From the IMG/VR virus record IMGVR_UViG_2526164631_000017: 12,891 bases of DNA; one strand, given 5' to 3'. How positions within the stretch are numbered: position 1 is the stretch's first letter; every line of letters begins with the position of its first letter. This stretch comes from a virus. Taxonomy: Duplodnaviria > Heunggongvirae > Uroviricota > Caudoviricetes. Shown here piece by piece: positions 1 to 8,596 of the stretch. The notes under the pieces were generated by a model. It was not told where the DNA came from and made no database searches. It saw only the letters and a program-made list of their open reading frames with translations. The position numbers and the translations under genes are program-made.

Positions 1-284
1 GCAGCTACAGGTTGTGACCGGGGGGAGGTTGTAGGGACAACATCTTCGGCATCAAGTGTTATCGGGAGCAGCTCAGGCACGTTGTTTTCTGTTGTTGAAG
101 GAGGACGTAGTTTTCCTTCGCGCCAGTACTGGCGCCACTTGAACAGCAAATTATCGTTGATCCCATGCTCACGAGCGAGTTGCGCTACGGAGATCTCTGG
201 TCGATGCGAGAGTTCAACCATTTTGATTTTGAACTCAACGGGATAATTAGGGCTTTTTTTACGCACTGCGGTTAATGATTTCAT
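1..284 (-). CDS. IS66-family orf1 (TnpA-like) accessory protein, N-terminal part; gene runs leftward out of the window
   Basis: Reverse-complement translation from ATG (complement of 282-284): MKSLTAVRKKSPNYPVEFKIKMVELSHRPEISVAQLAREHGINDNLLFKWRQYWREGKL..., with the HTH-like motif seen in IS-encoded small DNA-binding proteins. Starts 81 bp inside the terminal repeat. Family assignment rests mainly on the terminal repeat, not on this protein. Confidence 0.55.
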   Translation of the reverse strand, partial: MKSLTAVRKKSPNYPVEFKIKMVELSHRPEISVAQLAREHGINDNLLFKWRQYWREGKLRPPSTTENNVPELLPITLDAEDVVPTTSPRSQPVA

Positions 285-339
285 GGATAGCGTCCACCAT
301 ATTTGGTGTCCACTATTCTCTCAGGAATTTCAGGATCTG

Positions 340-365
340 CCAGACGGTGCTGAGACGACGCTTAC
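340..365 (-). repeat. Terminal inverted repeat (IRL-like) of the left IS66-family copy
   Basis: Read inward from 365 on the minus strand: GTAAGCG... Imperfect match to 12550-12575. Confidence 0.6.
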
Positions 366-1986
366 GGATTACCGTCGTGTGGCGCTGACGGATTATGACC
401 GTTTCCCTGAAAACGTGGACGGGGAAGGGGATGCCTTCACCCTGGCATCAAAGCGTACCACCACCTTTATGTCCTCGGGGATGACCCTGGTCGAGAGTTC
501 GCCGGGGCGGGATATCACTGACACCAAATGGCGCTGTGGCGGCGCACATGAGGCACCGCCAACAACGGGGATCCTGTCACTGTATAACCGGGGAGACCGC
601 CGCCGGTGGTACTGGCCGTGTCCGCACTGCGGGGAATATTTTCAGCCGGTGATGGATAACATGACCGGATACCGGAATAACCCGGATTTTGTGGCTGCCG
701 GTCAGGCTGCCCGTCTGATGTGTCCGCATTGTCGCGGGCTGATTGCCCCTGAGCAGAAACGCGAACTGAATAACAAAGGGATCTGGCTTCGTGAAGGTGA
801 ACGGGCGGTGGCGGACGGCAGTATCACCGGAACGCCACGAAATTCCCGGATTGCGTCATTCTGGATGGAGGGGCCGGCTGCGGCGTTTCAGACCTGGGAA
901 CAACTGATTTTTAAACTGCTGGCGGCAGAAGAAGAGTATGAGCGAACCGGCAGTGAAGAGACCCTGAAAGCGGTGGTGAACACCGATATCGGACGCCCCT
1001 ATCTGCCCCGTTCAGCCACGGAACAGCGTAAAAGTGAACTGCTTGAACAGCGTGCCGAGCCGTTTCCCCGGCGATCTGTGCCGGATGGTGTGCGTTTTAT
1101 TGAGGCAACGGTTGACGTACAGGGCGGTAAAAATCGCCGTTTTGTTGTGCAGATCACCGGATACGGAGAGCAGGGGGAACGCTGGATTGTTGATCGCTAT
1201 AACATCCGGCATTCACTGCGCTGCAGTCCCAACGGTGAAAGTCTGCCGGTTGATCCGGCGGCATATCCGGAGGACTGGGATTTGTTGCTGACGGATGTGT
1301 TCCATAAAACATGGCCGCTGGCTTCTGATCCGGATGTGCGCATGCGTCTGATGGCCATGGCGGTGGATACGGGAGGGGAAGCCGGGGTGACAGATAACGC
1401 CTATCGTTTCTGGTGTCGTTGCCGGAGTGACGGACTGGGCAACAGGGTGTTTCTGTTCAAGGGGGATGGACTTCGCCGTGACAGGCTGATTAACCGTACC
1501 TTCCCGGATAATACCGGCAGAAGTGCCCGCCGTGCCAGAGCCAGTGGCGATGTCGCGCTGTGGCTGGTTCAGACGGATGCGTTTAAGGACCGTGTAAATA
1601 ATGCCCTGTGGCGTGACACACCAGGGCCGAACTATATCCACTTTCCCGACTGGCTGGGGCGATGGTTTTACGATGAGCTGACCTATGAAGAGCGCGGCAG
1701 TGACGGAAAATGGCGAAAACCGGGCAGGGGAGCTAACGAGGCGTTTGACCTGCTGGTTTATGCGGATGCGCTTGCCGTTCTGCATGGTTACGAAAAGATC
1801 CGCTGGCCCTCCGCACCGGACTGGGCACAGCGGGAAACGTGGCTCGTCTTCCCGCAGGAGCGTTCTGGTGAAACGGTATCCCCGGAACTGACGGCCGGGG
1901 CAGAAAAACGCCGTCGCCGGAAGAAAAAACTGCGGACGGAGCGTGCGGAAGATAATCCATGGATAACATCAGGAGGCTGGTTGTGA
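366..1986 (+). pseudogene. Terminase large subunit (GpA-like), 5'-truncated by IS insertion
   Basis: Long ORF immediately upstream of gpW-like and portal genes; two CPHC motifs (WPCPHCGEYF, MCPHCRGLI) as in GpA-type terminases. The first 27 codons of the tracked ORF (283-365) lie inside the IS terminal repeat, so the ATG at 283 is not a native start. By rough comparison with lambda gpA from memory, about 100+ N-terminal residues are missing, including the ATPase region. Stop TGA at 1984-1986. Confidence 0.8.
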
Positions 1987-2195
1987 GCACAGAAGAAGCC
2001 AGAGAAATGATACAGCGGTACCGTGAAGCGGAAATGGCCGTACTGGAGGGGAAGTCTGTCACCTTCAACGGACAGCAACTGACGCTGGAAAGCCTTTCTC
2101 AGATCCGCGCCGGACGTCAGGAGTGGGAACGCAGGCTTGCCGCGATGGTGAGCCGCAGGCGGGGAAAACCAGGATTTAAACTGGCGAGGTTTTAA
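1983..2195 (+). CDS. W: Head-tail joining protein, gpW-like
   Basis: C-terminus RRRGKPGFKLARF resembles lambda gpW C-terminus (RRRGPAGF.. from memory); about 70 aa; sits between terminase and portal. Likely start is GTG 1983 with AGGAGG at 1971-1976, overlapping the terminase stop as GTGA; the alternative ATG at 1959 (track ORF) cannot be excluded. Confidence 0.75.
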   Translation: MSTEEAREMIQRYREAEMAVLEGKSVTFNGQQLTLESLSQIRAGRQEWERRLAAMVSRRRGKPGFKLARF

Positions 2196-3697
2196 TGGCA
2201 ATTATTGATGATGTGATAGGCGTGTTTTCCCCCGGCTGGAAAGCAGCCAGACTGCGTTCAAGGGCGTTAATCATGGCCTATGAGGCGGTGAAACCGACCC
2301 GGACACATAAAGCCCGGCGGGAAAATCGCTCTGCTGATCAGCTCAGTAAATACGGTGCGGTTTCCCTGCGGGAGCAGGCCCGTTTTCTGGATATCAATCA
2401 TGACCTGGTGATTGGTGTGTTTGACAAGCTGGAAGAGCGGGTGATTGGTGCCAGGGGAATTATTGTGGAGCCTCAGCCATTACGAAAAAACGGGGAAATG
2501 GCGGCAGAGCTGGCTGCGGATATCCGCCGGTTGTGGGCTGAGTGGTCCGTGAGTCCGGATGTGACAGGGCAGTATACCCGTCCCGTGCTTGAACGTTTAC
2601 TGCTGCGGACCTGGCTGCGGGATGGTGAAGTGTTTGCGCAGATGGTCAGTGGTGCGGGAAACGGTCTGGAACGGACGGCGGGAGTGCCATTCTGGCTTGA
2701 GGCGATGGAGCCGGATTTTGTTCCCATGCGCACTGATGAATCCGCCGGACTGAATCAGGGGGTTTTTCTTGATGAGTGGGGAAGACCGAAAAAATATCTG
2801 GTTTATAAAAATTATCCGGTCAGCGGCCGGCAGAGTGATACGAAAGAAATCGCTGCCGGAAAAATGATCCACCTGAAGTTCACTCGTCGTCTGCATCAGA
2901 CGCGAGGCTCATCCATGTTATCGGGGGTGCTGATGCGGATCAGTGCCCTTAAGGAGTATGAGGATGCGGAACTCACTGCGGCGCGTATTGCCGCGGCGCT
3001 GGGACTGTATATCCGTAAAGGTGACGGGCAGGACTATGAAGAGCCGGGGATCAAAGAAACCGACCGGGAAGTCCATATCACCCCGGGTATTATTTATGAC
3101 GATTTGCGCAAGGGCGAGGATATCGGCATGGTCAAATCAGACCGTCCCAATCCCAACCTTGAAACTTTCCGCAACGGCCAGTTGCGTGCAGTGGCAGCGG
3201 GCAGTCGTCTGAGTTTTTCCAGTGCGGCGCGTAACTATAACGGCACCTACAGTGCCCAGCGGCAGGAGCTGGTCGAGTCCACGGATGGTTACCTGATCCT
3301 GCAGGACTGTTTTATTGGCGCGGTAACCCGTCCGGTGTACCGGACATGGCTGAATATGGTGGTTGCGGCAGGTCTGCTGAAAATTCCGGCGGATGTGGAG
3401 ATGAAAACGCTATATAACGCGACGTATTCCGGTCCGGTGATGCCGTGGATCGACCCGGTTAAGGAAGCTGAAGCCTGGAGAATTCAGATCCGGGGTGGTG
3501 CAGCGACAGAATCTGACTGGGTGCGTGCCGGCGGGCGCAATCCGGATGAGGTCAAACGTCGCCGCAAGGCTGAAATTGATGAAAACAGCAGACTGGGGCT
3601 GGTCTTTGATACTGACCCCGTCAACGACAAAGGAGGCAACAGTGCCGGAACTGAACAACAGCGTCAGCAGGCCACCGACAGCCAGCATGAAGAATAA
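2195..3697 (+). CDS. Portal protein
   Basis: 500-aa ORF directly after gpW-like gene and before the protease gene (canonical terminase–W–portal–protease order); start ATG overlaps the W stop (TAATG). Not closely similar to lambda gpB by eye, so this is a mosaic head module. Confidence 0.75.
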   Translation: MAIIDDVIGVFSPGWKAARLRSRALIMAYEAVKPTRTHKARRENRSADQLSKYGAVSLREQARFLDINHDLVIGVFDKLEERVIGARGIIVEPQPLRKNGEMAAELAADIRRLWAEWSVSPDVTGQYTRPVLERLLLRTWLRDGEVFAQMVSGAGNGLERTAGVPFWLEAMEPDFVPMRTDESAGLNQGVFLDEWGRPKKYLVYKNYPVSGRQSDTKEIAAGKMIHLKFTRRLHQTRGSSMLSGVLMRISALKEYEDAELTAARIAAALGLYIRKGDGQDYEEPGIKETDREVHITPGIIYDDLRKGEDIGMVKSDRPNPNLETFRNGQLRAVAAGSRLSFSSAARNYNGTYSAQRQELVESTDGYLILQDCFIGAVTRPVYRTWLNMVVAAGLLKIPADVEMKTLYNATYSGPVMPWIDPVKEAEAWRIQIRGGAATESDWVRAGGRNPDEVKRRRKAEIDENSRLGLVFDTDPVNDKGGNSAGTEQQRQQATDSQHEE

Positions 3698-5666
3698 ATC
3701 CTGGTTCAGGATGCAGGCGGGTGGTCAGGGTGAGGCGGATATTTATATTTATGACGAGATTGGTTTCTGGGGAGTTACCGCGAAGCAGTTTGTCAGCGAT
3801 ATGAATGCCCTGGGTGATATCACCCACATTAATCTCCACATCAACTCACCGGGTGGCGATGTCTTTGAAGGCATCGCCATTTTTAATGCCCTGAAAAATC
3901 ACGGTGCGGCCATTACCGTGTATGTGGATGGCGTTGCCGCCTCGATGGCATCCCTGATTGCGATGGCCGGTGACACGGTCATTATGCCGGAAAATGCCTT
4001 CATGATGATCCATAAACCCTGGGGGATCAGCGGTGGTGATGCGGAGAAAATGCGCACTTATGCCGAACGTCTGGACAAACTTGAGTCGGTTATGGTGCCG
4101 GTATATGCGCAGAAAACCGGAAAAACTACCGATGAAATTGCCGCCATGCTGGCGGATGAGACCTGGATGTCCGGTGCCGAGTGTCTGGCACACGGATTTG
4201 CAGACCAGGTGACGCCAGCCGTTAAGGCAATGGCATGTATTCAGTCAAAACGTACAGAGGAATTTAAAAAGATGCCGGAATCCATCCGAAATATGATCAC
4301 GCAGCCATACAACAGTGCCCCGCGTGATACCACAGTGACAATCCCTGCACCGGCGGTAACAGAACCATCACCGGTACCGGCAGTGTCTGATGAGGCGACC
4401 ATTCGCGCCCGCGTTATGGCAGAACAGAAAGCCCGCATGTCAGGCATTAACGATCTGTTTGCCATGTTCGGCGGTCGCTATCAGACGCTTCAGGCACAGT
4501 GCGTGGCTGATCCTGACTGTTCGCTGGAAATGGCCCGTGAACGTCTGCTGAATGAAATGGGCAAGGAGTCCTCGCCGACCAACAAAAATACACCGGCTCA
4601 TATTTATGCCGGAAACGGCAATTTTGTGGGGGACGGGATCCGCCAGGCGATGCTGGCCCGTGCCGGATTTGAAAATGTCGAGAAGGATAACGCCTATAAC
4701 GGGATGACCCTGCGTGAATGGGCTCGCATGTCACTGACGGAGCGCGGTATTGGGGTGGCCAGTTATAACCCCATGCAGATGGTCGGGCTGGCGCTGACGC
4801 ACAGCACCTCTGATTTTGGCAATATTCTGCTGGATGTGTCGAACAAGGGGCTGATCCAGGGCTGGGAGGAATCAGAAGAAACCTTCCAGAAGTGGACCCG
4901 TAAGGGACGCCTGTCAGACTTCAAAACAGCGTATCGCGTGGGGATGGGCGGTTTTGGTTCTCTGCGCCAGGTTCGTGAGGGGGCGGAGTATAAATACATC
5001 ACCACCTCAGATCGCAAGGAGACCATTGCACTGGCCACTTACGGGGAGATTTTCTCCATCACCCGCCAGGCCATTATCAATGATGATCTGAATATGCTGG
5101 TGGACGTGCCGATGAAGATGGGGCGTGCGGCGAAGGCAACGATTGGTGACCTGGTTTACAAGGTGCTGACGGATAACCCGAAACTGTCAGACGGTAAGGC
5201 GCTGTTCCATGCCGATCACAAAAATATTGCCACCGGTGGGATTTCCGTTTCCGGACTGGATGCGGCCCGTCAGATGATGCGCCTGCAGAAAGAAGGCGAT
5301 CGCGCCCTGAATATCCGTCCGGCCTTTATGCTGGTACCGGTGGCACTGGAGACGGTGGCGAACCAGACCATCAAATCGGCCAGTGTGAAAGGGGCGGATG
5401 CAAACGCCGGTGTCATTAACCCCATCCAGAACTTTGCTGAGGTGATTGCAGAAGCGCGTCTTGATGCGGCAGATCCGAAAACCTGGTATCTGGCGGCGGC
5501 ACAGGGCACTGACACCATTGAAGTGGCCTGGCTGGATGGTGTGGACACGCCATACATTGATCAGCAGGAAGGTTTCACCACTGACGGCATTGCCACAAAA
5601 ATCCGTATTGATGCCGGAGTGGCACCACTTGACTGGCGCGGGCTGGTGCGTTCGTCGGTGGCCTGA
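3642..5666 (+). CDS. Prohead protease (ClpP-like) – scaffold – putative major capsid fusion protein
   Basis: N-terminal domain has ClpP-type motifs: GVAASMASLIAMAGD (GxxSMA catalytic Ser context) and MMIHKPWG (catalytic His context). No separate major-capsid-sized gene follows, and the C-terminal ~350 aa look like an HK97-fold capsid domain (inference). Proposed start is GTG 3642 with AAAGGAGG 5 nt upstream; the track ORF start 3495 and ATG 3687 are alternatives. Confidence 0.7.
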   Translation: MPELNNSVSRPPTASMKNKSWFRMQAGGQGEADIYIYDEIGFWGVTAKQFVSDMNALGDITHINLHINSPGGDVFEGIAIFNALKNHGAAITVYVDGVAASMASLIAMAGDTVIMPENAFMMIHKPWGISGGDAEKMRTYAERLDKLESVMVPVYAQKTGKTTDEIAAMLADETWMSGAECLAHGFADQVTPAVKAMACIQSKRTEEFKKMPESIRNMITQPYNSAPRDTTVTIPAPAVTEPSPVPAVSDEATIRARVMAEQKARMSGINDLFAMFGGRYQTLQAQCVADPDCSLEMARERLLNEMGKESSPTNKNTPAHIYAGNGNFVGDGIRQAMLARAGFENVEKDNAYNGMTLREWARMSLTERGIGVASYNPMQMVGLALTHSTSDFGNILLDVSNKGLIQGWEESEETFQKWTRKGRLSDFKTAYRVGMGGFGSLRQVREGAEYKYITTSDRKETIALATYGEIFSITRQAIINDDLNMLVDVPMKMGRAAKATIGDLVYKVLTDNPKLSDGKALFHADHKNIATGGISVSGLDAARQMMRLQKEGDRALNIRPAFMLVPVALETVANQTIKSASVKGADANAGVINPIQNFAEVIAEARLDAADPKTWYLAAAQGTDTIEVAWLDGVDTPYIDQQEGFTTDGIATKIRIDAGVAPLDWRGLVRSSVA

Positions 5667-5688
5667 TAACCGAGTTATCACAATCACT

Positions 5689-5707
5689 GCCCGAAAGGGC
5701 TTTTTTT
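5689..5707 (+). terminator. Candidate intrinsic terminator after the capsid gene
   Basis: GCCC-GAAA-GGGC hairpin (4-bp GC stem, GNRA-type loop) followed by T7 at 5701-5707, 23 nt after the stop at 5666. The stem is short, so this may be a partial terminator. Confidence 0.4.
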
Positions 5708-5718
5708 ATGCCTGAAAA

Positions 5719-5737
5719 ACAGCCCCACAGGGGCTGT
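5719..5737 (+). promoter_or_regulatory. Perfect hairpin (8-bp stem ACAGCCCC / GGGGCTGT, 3-nt loop) upstream of the next gene's ribosome-binding site
   Basis: Seen directly in sequence. No T-run follows. GGAG at 5740-5743 and ATG at 5754 lie just downstream. Possible RNA stability or translation-control element. Confidence 0.3.
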
Positions 5738-5753
5738 CCGGAGAAACAGCATT

Positions 5754-6080
5754 ATGGCGAAAAATTTTGTACAGGACGGTACCACCATTGAACTGGTGAA
5801 TGCCGGAGATCAGACCATCCTGAGCGGTGCTGCGGTGGTGGTCGGCAGTATGGTGGCCGTGGCCATTACAGATATTCCTGCCGGTGATGCCGGTGACGGT
5901 TTTGCCGAAGGCGTGTTCCTTCTGCCCAAACAGTCTGCTGACGACATTCAGTCCGGCGCGGTGGTTTATCTGAAGGACGGGGTTGTGCAGCTGGCTGCAG
6001 AGGGTGCGGTGGCCGCGGGGGTAGCCTGGGAAAATGCTCCTGCAAACAGCGCCACTGTGGCGGTAAAAATCAATGTCTGA
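5754..6080 (+). CDS. Small head protein, DUF2190-like (putative decoration or head-associated protein)
   Basis: 108 aa, Gly/Ala/Val-rich: MAKNFVQDGTTIELVNAGDQ...; resembles the small conserved proteins commonly encoded next to major capsid genes (from memory; function is inference). Confidence 0.5.
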   Translation: MAKNFVQDGTTIELVNAGDQTILSGAAVVVGSMVAVAITDIPAGDAGDGFAEGVFLLPKQSADDIQSGAVVYLKDGVVQLAAEGAVAAGVAWENAPANSATVAVKINV

Positions 6081-6354
6081 TCTGTTTACGCGAATGTGTT
6101 GCCGGATGGACGGGGCGACCGTTCGGGTGATGGGCAAACAGGCGGAGATTAACGGCGTCGTGTATGACGTGATGCCGGAGGAAGAGTCCGCGGAGATGGG
6201 GGCGCTTTCGGGCAGCCAGTTGTCACTGGTGGTGTTTTCAGCCCGGTACCGTCCGGCCCGTCATGATGTTGTTGTGTTTGCGGGGCGCACACTGACGGTG
6301 ACCCGTTATGACACGTACAACGGTAAACCCCGGATTTTTGTCGAACAGGAATGA
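6073..6354 (+). CDS. Putative head completion / head-tail connector protein (at the FII position)
   Basis: 93-aa ORF between the head genes and gpZ; start ATG overlaps the upstream stop (ATGTCTGA). Assignment is by position only; similarity to lambda FII is weak. Confidence 0.4.
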   Translation: MSDLFTRMCCRMDGATVRVMGKQAEINGVVYDVMPEEESAEMGALSGSQLSLVVFSARYRPARHDVVVFAGRTLTVTRYDTYNGKPRIFVEQE

Positions 6355-6356
6355 GT

Positions 6357-6980
6357 ATGGCAATAAAAGGTCTGGCGCAGGCCATGAAAAATCTGGATGC
6401 AATTGACCGCCGTGCCGTTCCCCGGGCTGCCGCCACGACACTTAACCGTGTGGCGGAGTCCATCATCGCGAAAACGGCCTCTTCGGTTGCCAGGGAGCTG
6501 GCGGTTCCGCGCCGTCTCATCCGTGAGCGTATCCGCCTGCAACGGGCTAGCGCAGACAGGATTTATGCGAAGGTCATCATCAACACCGGTAATCTGCCCG
6601 CCATAAAACTGGGGACGGCCAGCGTGCGGCTTTCCCGCAGAAAGCGACGAAAGAAAGGCGAGCGTTCGGTCAAGAAAGGGGGCGGCAGTGTGCTGATTGT
6701 GGGGAAAAGACGGATCCCGGACGCCTTTATCACCCGGCTGGCTAACGGACGCTGGCATGTGATGCAGCGTATGCCGTGGGCACCATCGTCCACCGGTGCT
6801 GACAGCAAAGGGAGGCCGAAACGCTACCGTCTGCCGATTGAAGTGGTGAAAATTCCGACTGCCGGACCGCTGGCAGAAACTTTTGAACGTGAACGGGACC
6901 GGATGTACCGGGAAAAATTACCGGCGCAGATGATGAAAGCCATGACGCATCAGTTACGCCTGGTGCTGAAAAGAAAATGA
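6357..6980 (+). CDS. Z: Minor tail protein Z (tail completion)
   Basis: Directly upstream of unmistakable gpU; basic run RRKRRKKGERS and motif GRWHVMQR, which I associate with the GpZ family. Start ATG 6357 (MAIKG...) preferred over 6351. Confidence 0.7.
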   Translation: MAIKGLAQAMKNLDAIDRRAVPRAAATTLNRVAESIIAKTASSVARELAVPRRLIRERIRLQRASADRIYAKVIINTGNLPAIKLGTASVRLSRRKRRKKGERSVKKGGGSVLIVGKRRIPDAFITRLANGRWHVMQRMPWAPSSTGADSKGRPKRYRLPIEVVKIPTAGPLAETFERERDRMYREKLPAQMMKAMTHQLRLVLKRK

Positions 6981-6992
6981 CAGGGAGGGTGT

Positions 6993-7391
6993 ATGAAACA
7001 CCGTGAAATACGGACGGCAGTTCTGTCTGCCCTGAAAGACAATATTTCTGAGCGGGTGAGCTGGTTTGACGGCCGCCCGGTTTTTATTGATGAACAGGAA
7101 CTGCCTGCTGTTGCTGTTTACCTGACTGATGCGTCTGCTGCTGACGAGTTCGTTGATGAGGGGACCTGGGAGGCGACACTGCATATTGAAGTTTTTCTCA
7201 GGGCAAAAGAACCGGACTCGGCACTGGATATGTGGATGGAAGAGAAAATCCTTCCTGCGCTGGAGGCGGTTCCCGGCCTCAGTGCGTTACTGCTGAAGAT
7301 GAATCTTCAGGGGTATGACTACCGCCGGGATGATGAGTTTATGATGTGGGGATCGGCAGATCTCCTGTGGAAAATTACCTACGAGATGTGA
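6993..7391 (+). CDS. U: Tail terminator protein U
   Basis: 132 aa; [14 protein letters not shown]...LHIEVFL...GYDYRRDD...ITYEM closely matches lambda gpU as recalled. GGGAGG ribosome-binding site upstream. Confidence 0.9.
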   Translation: MKHREIRTAVLSALKDNISERVSWFDGRPVFIDEQELPAVAVYLTDASAADEFVDEGTWEATLHIEVFLRAKEPDSALDMWMEEKILPALEAVPGLSALLLKMNLQGYDYRRDDEFMMWGSADLLWKITYEM

Positions 7392-7398
7392 GGACGAT

Positions 7399-8151
7399 AT
7401 GGCAATACCAAATCCTCTTGAGCCGGTGAAAGGTTCCGGCACCACACTATGGGTGTACACCGGCAAGGATGATGCTTATGCCAACCCGTTGTCAGATGAT
7501 GACTGGCAGCGACTGGCTAAGGTGAAGGATCTGACGCCGGGCGAGATGACGGCAGAATCCTACGATGATAACTACCTGGATGATGAAGACGCGGACTGGA
7601 GCGCGACCGGGCAGGGACAGAAATCTGCAGGTGATACCAGTTTTACACTGGCCTGGAAACCGGGAGAGGAAGGCCAGAAAGGGCTTATAGGCTGGTTTGA
7701 AAGCGGCGATGTGCGGGCCTATAAAATCCGTTTCCCGAACGGCACGGTGGATGTGTTCCGTGGCTGGGTCAGCAGTATCGGTAAGGCCGTAACGGCGAAG
7801 GAAGTGATCACCCGTACGGTGAAAGTGACCAACGTGGGTAAACCTTCTGTGGCGGAAGAACGCAGCGAAATTACGCCGGCCACTGCAATTAAGGTGACAC
7901 CGACATCCGGTACCGTGGAAAAAGGGAAAACAACCACCCTGACTGTTTCTTTTGAGCCGGAAAGTGCAACCGACAAGACGTTCAGAGCGGTTTCCGCCGA
8001 TCCGTCAACGGGAACCATTGCTGTGAAAGATATGGTGATCACTGTGACGGGGGTTAAGGCTGGAAAAGTGAGTATCCCCGTGATTTCCGGTAATGGTCAG
8101 TTTGCCACGGTAGCTGAAGTCACCGTTACTGAAGCAGGCGCTGCAGGGTAA
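7399..8151 (+). CDS. V: Major tail protein V, including C-terminal Ig-like domain
   Basis: 250 aa; long stretches identical to lambda gpV as recalled ([59 protein letters not shown]). C-terminal ~90 aa is Thr/Val-rich, Ig-like. Confidence 0.92.
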   Translation: MAIPNPLEPVKGSGTTLWVYTGKDDAYANPLSDDDWQRLAKVKDLTPGEMTAESYDDNYLDDEDADWSATGQGQKSAGDTSFTLAWKPGEEGQKGLIGWFESGDVRAYKIRFPNGTVDVFRGWVSSIGKAVTAKEVITRTVKVTNVGKPSVAEERSEITPATAIKVTPTSGTVEKGKTTTLTVSFEPESATDKTFRAVSADPSTGTIAVKDMVITVTGVKAGKVSIPVISGNGQFATVAEVTVTEAGAAG

Positions 8152-8164
8152 ACGGAGGTCATAC

Positions 8165-8596
8165 ATGTTTCTGAAAACAGAACAATTTGAATATAACGGT
8201 GTGTCTGTCACGCTTTCCGAGCTGTCTGCGCTGCAGCGTATTGAGCATCTTGCCCTCCTGAAACGGCGGGCAGAAGAGGCTGAAGCCAGCGGCAACCTGC
8301 AGGTGAGTGTGGAAGATCTTGTCAGAACCGGCGCGTTTCTGGTGGCGATGTCCCTGTGGCATAACCATCCACAGAAAACGCAGTCACCGTCAATGAATGA
8401 GGCCGTGATGAAGATAGAGCAGGAAGTGCTCACCACCTGGCCTGCCGATGCCATTGCCCGGGCGGAAGACGTGGTGTTGTGCCTGTCCGGGATGATCGAA
8501 GCTGTTCGTCCGGATACTGATATTACTGAAGTGGCGAAAAATAACACGCTGACTGATGATGATTTTTCTGCGGGAAAGTCTTCGACGGTGAGCTGA
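8165..8596 (+). CDS. G: Tail assembly chaperone G
   Basis: 143 aa; MFLKTEQFEYNGVSVTLSELSALQRIEHLAL...GAFLVAMSLWHNHPQKTQ matches lambda gpG as recalled; ends ...SAGKSSTVS. Confidence 0.92.
   Translation: MFLKTEQFEYNGVSVTLSELSALQRIEHLALLKRRAEEAEASGNLQVSVEDLVRTGAFLVAMSLWHNHPQKTQSPSMNEAVMKIEQEVLTTWPADAIARAEDVVLCLSGMIEAVRPDTDITEVAKNNTLTDDDFSAGKSSTVS

Larger units (their letters stand above)
1..365 (-). mobile_element. IS66-family insertion sequence, left copy (partial; continues beyond the window start). Inner end at 365.
   Basis: Minus-strand ORF starting at 284 with a helix-turn-helix-like N-terminus; reverse complement of 340-365 reads GTAAGCGTCGTCTCAGCACCGTCTGG, starting with the GTAA typical of IS66-family ends and matching the right-hand repeat at 12550-12575 in about 18 of 26 positions (hand alignment). 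Confidence 0.7.

Noticed and set aside
283-365. ATG at 283 as the native terminase start
   Set aside because: The first 27 codons lie within the IS terminal repeat; the ORF is a junction artefact of a truncated gene.
1213-2201. Minus-strand ORFs (190, 111, 137 aa) inside the terminase and W genes
   Set aside because: Antisense to the coding strand and compositionally odd; no support.
3495-3641. Track start at 3495 for the protease–capsid ORF
   Set aside because: It would overlap the last ~200 nt of the portal gene; an internal GTG at 3642 has a strong AAAGGAGG ribosome-binding site. ATG 3687 remains a possible alternative.
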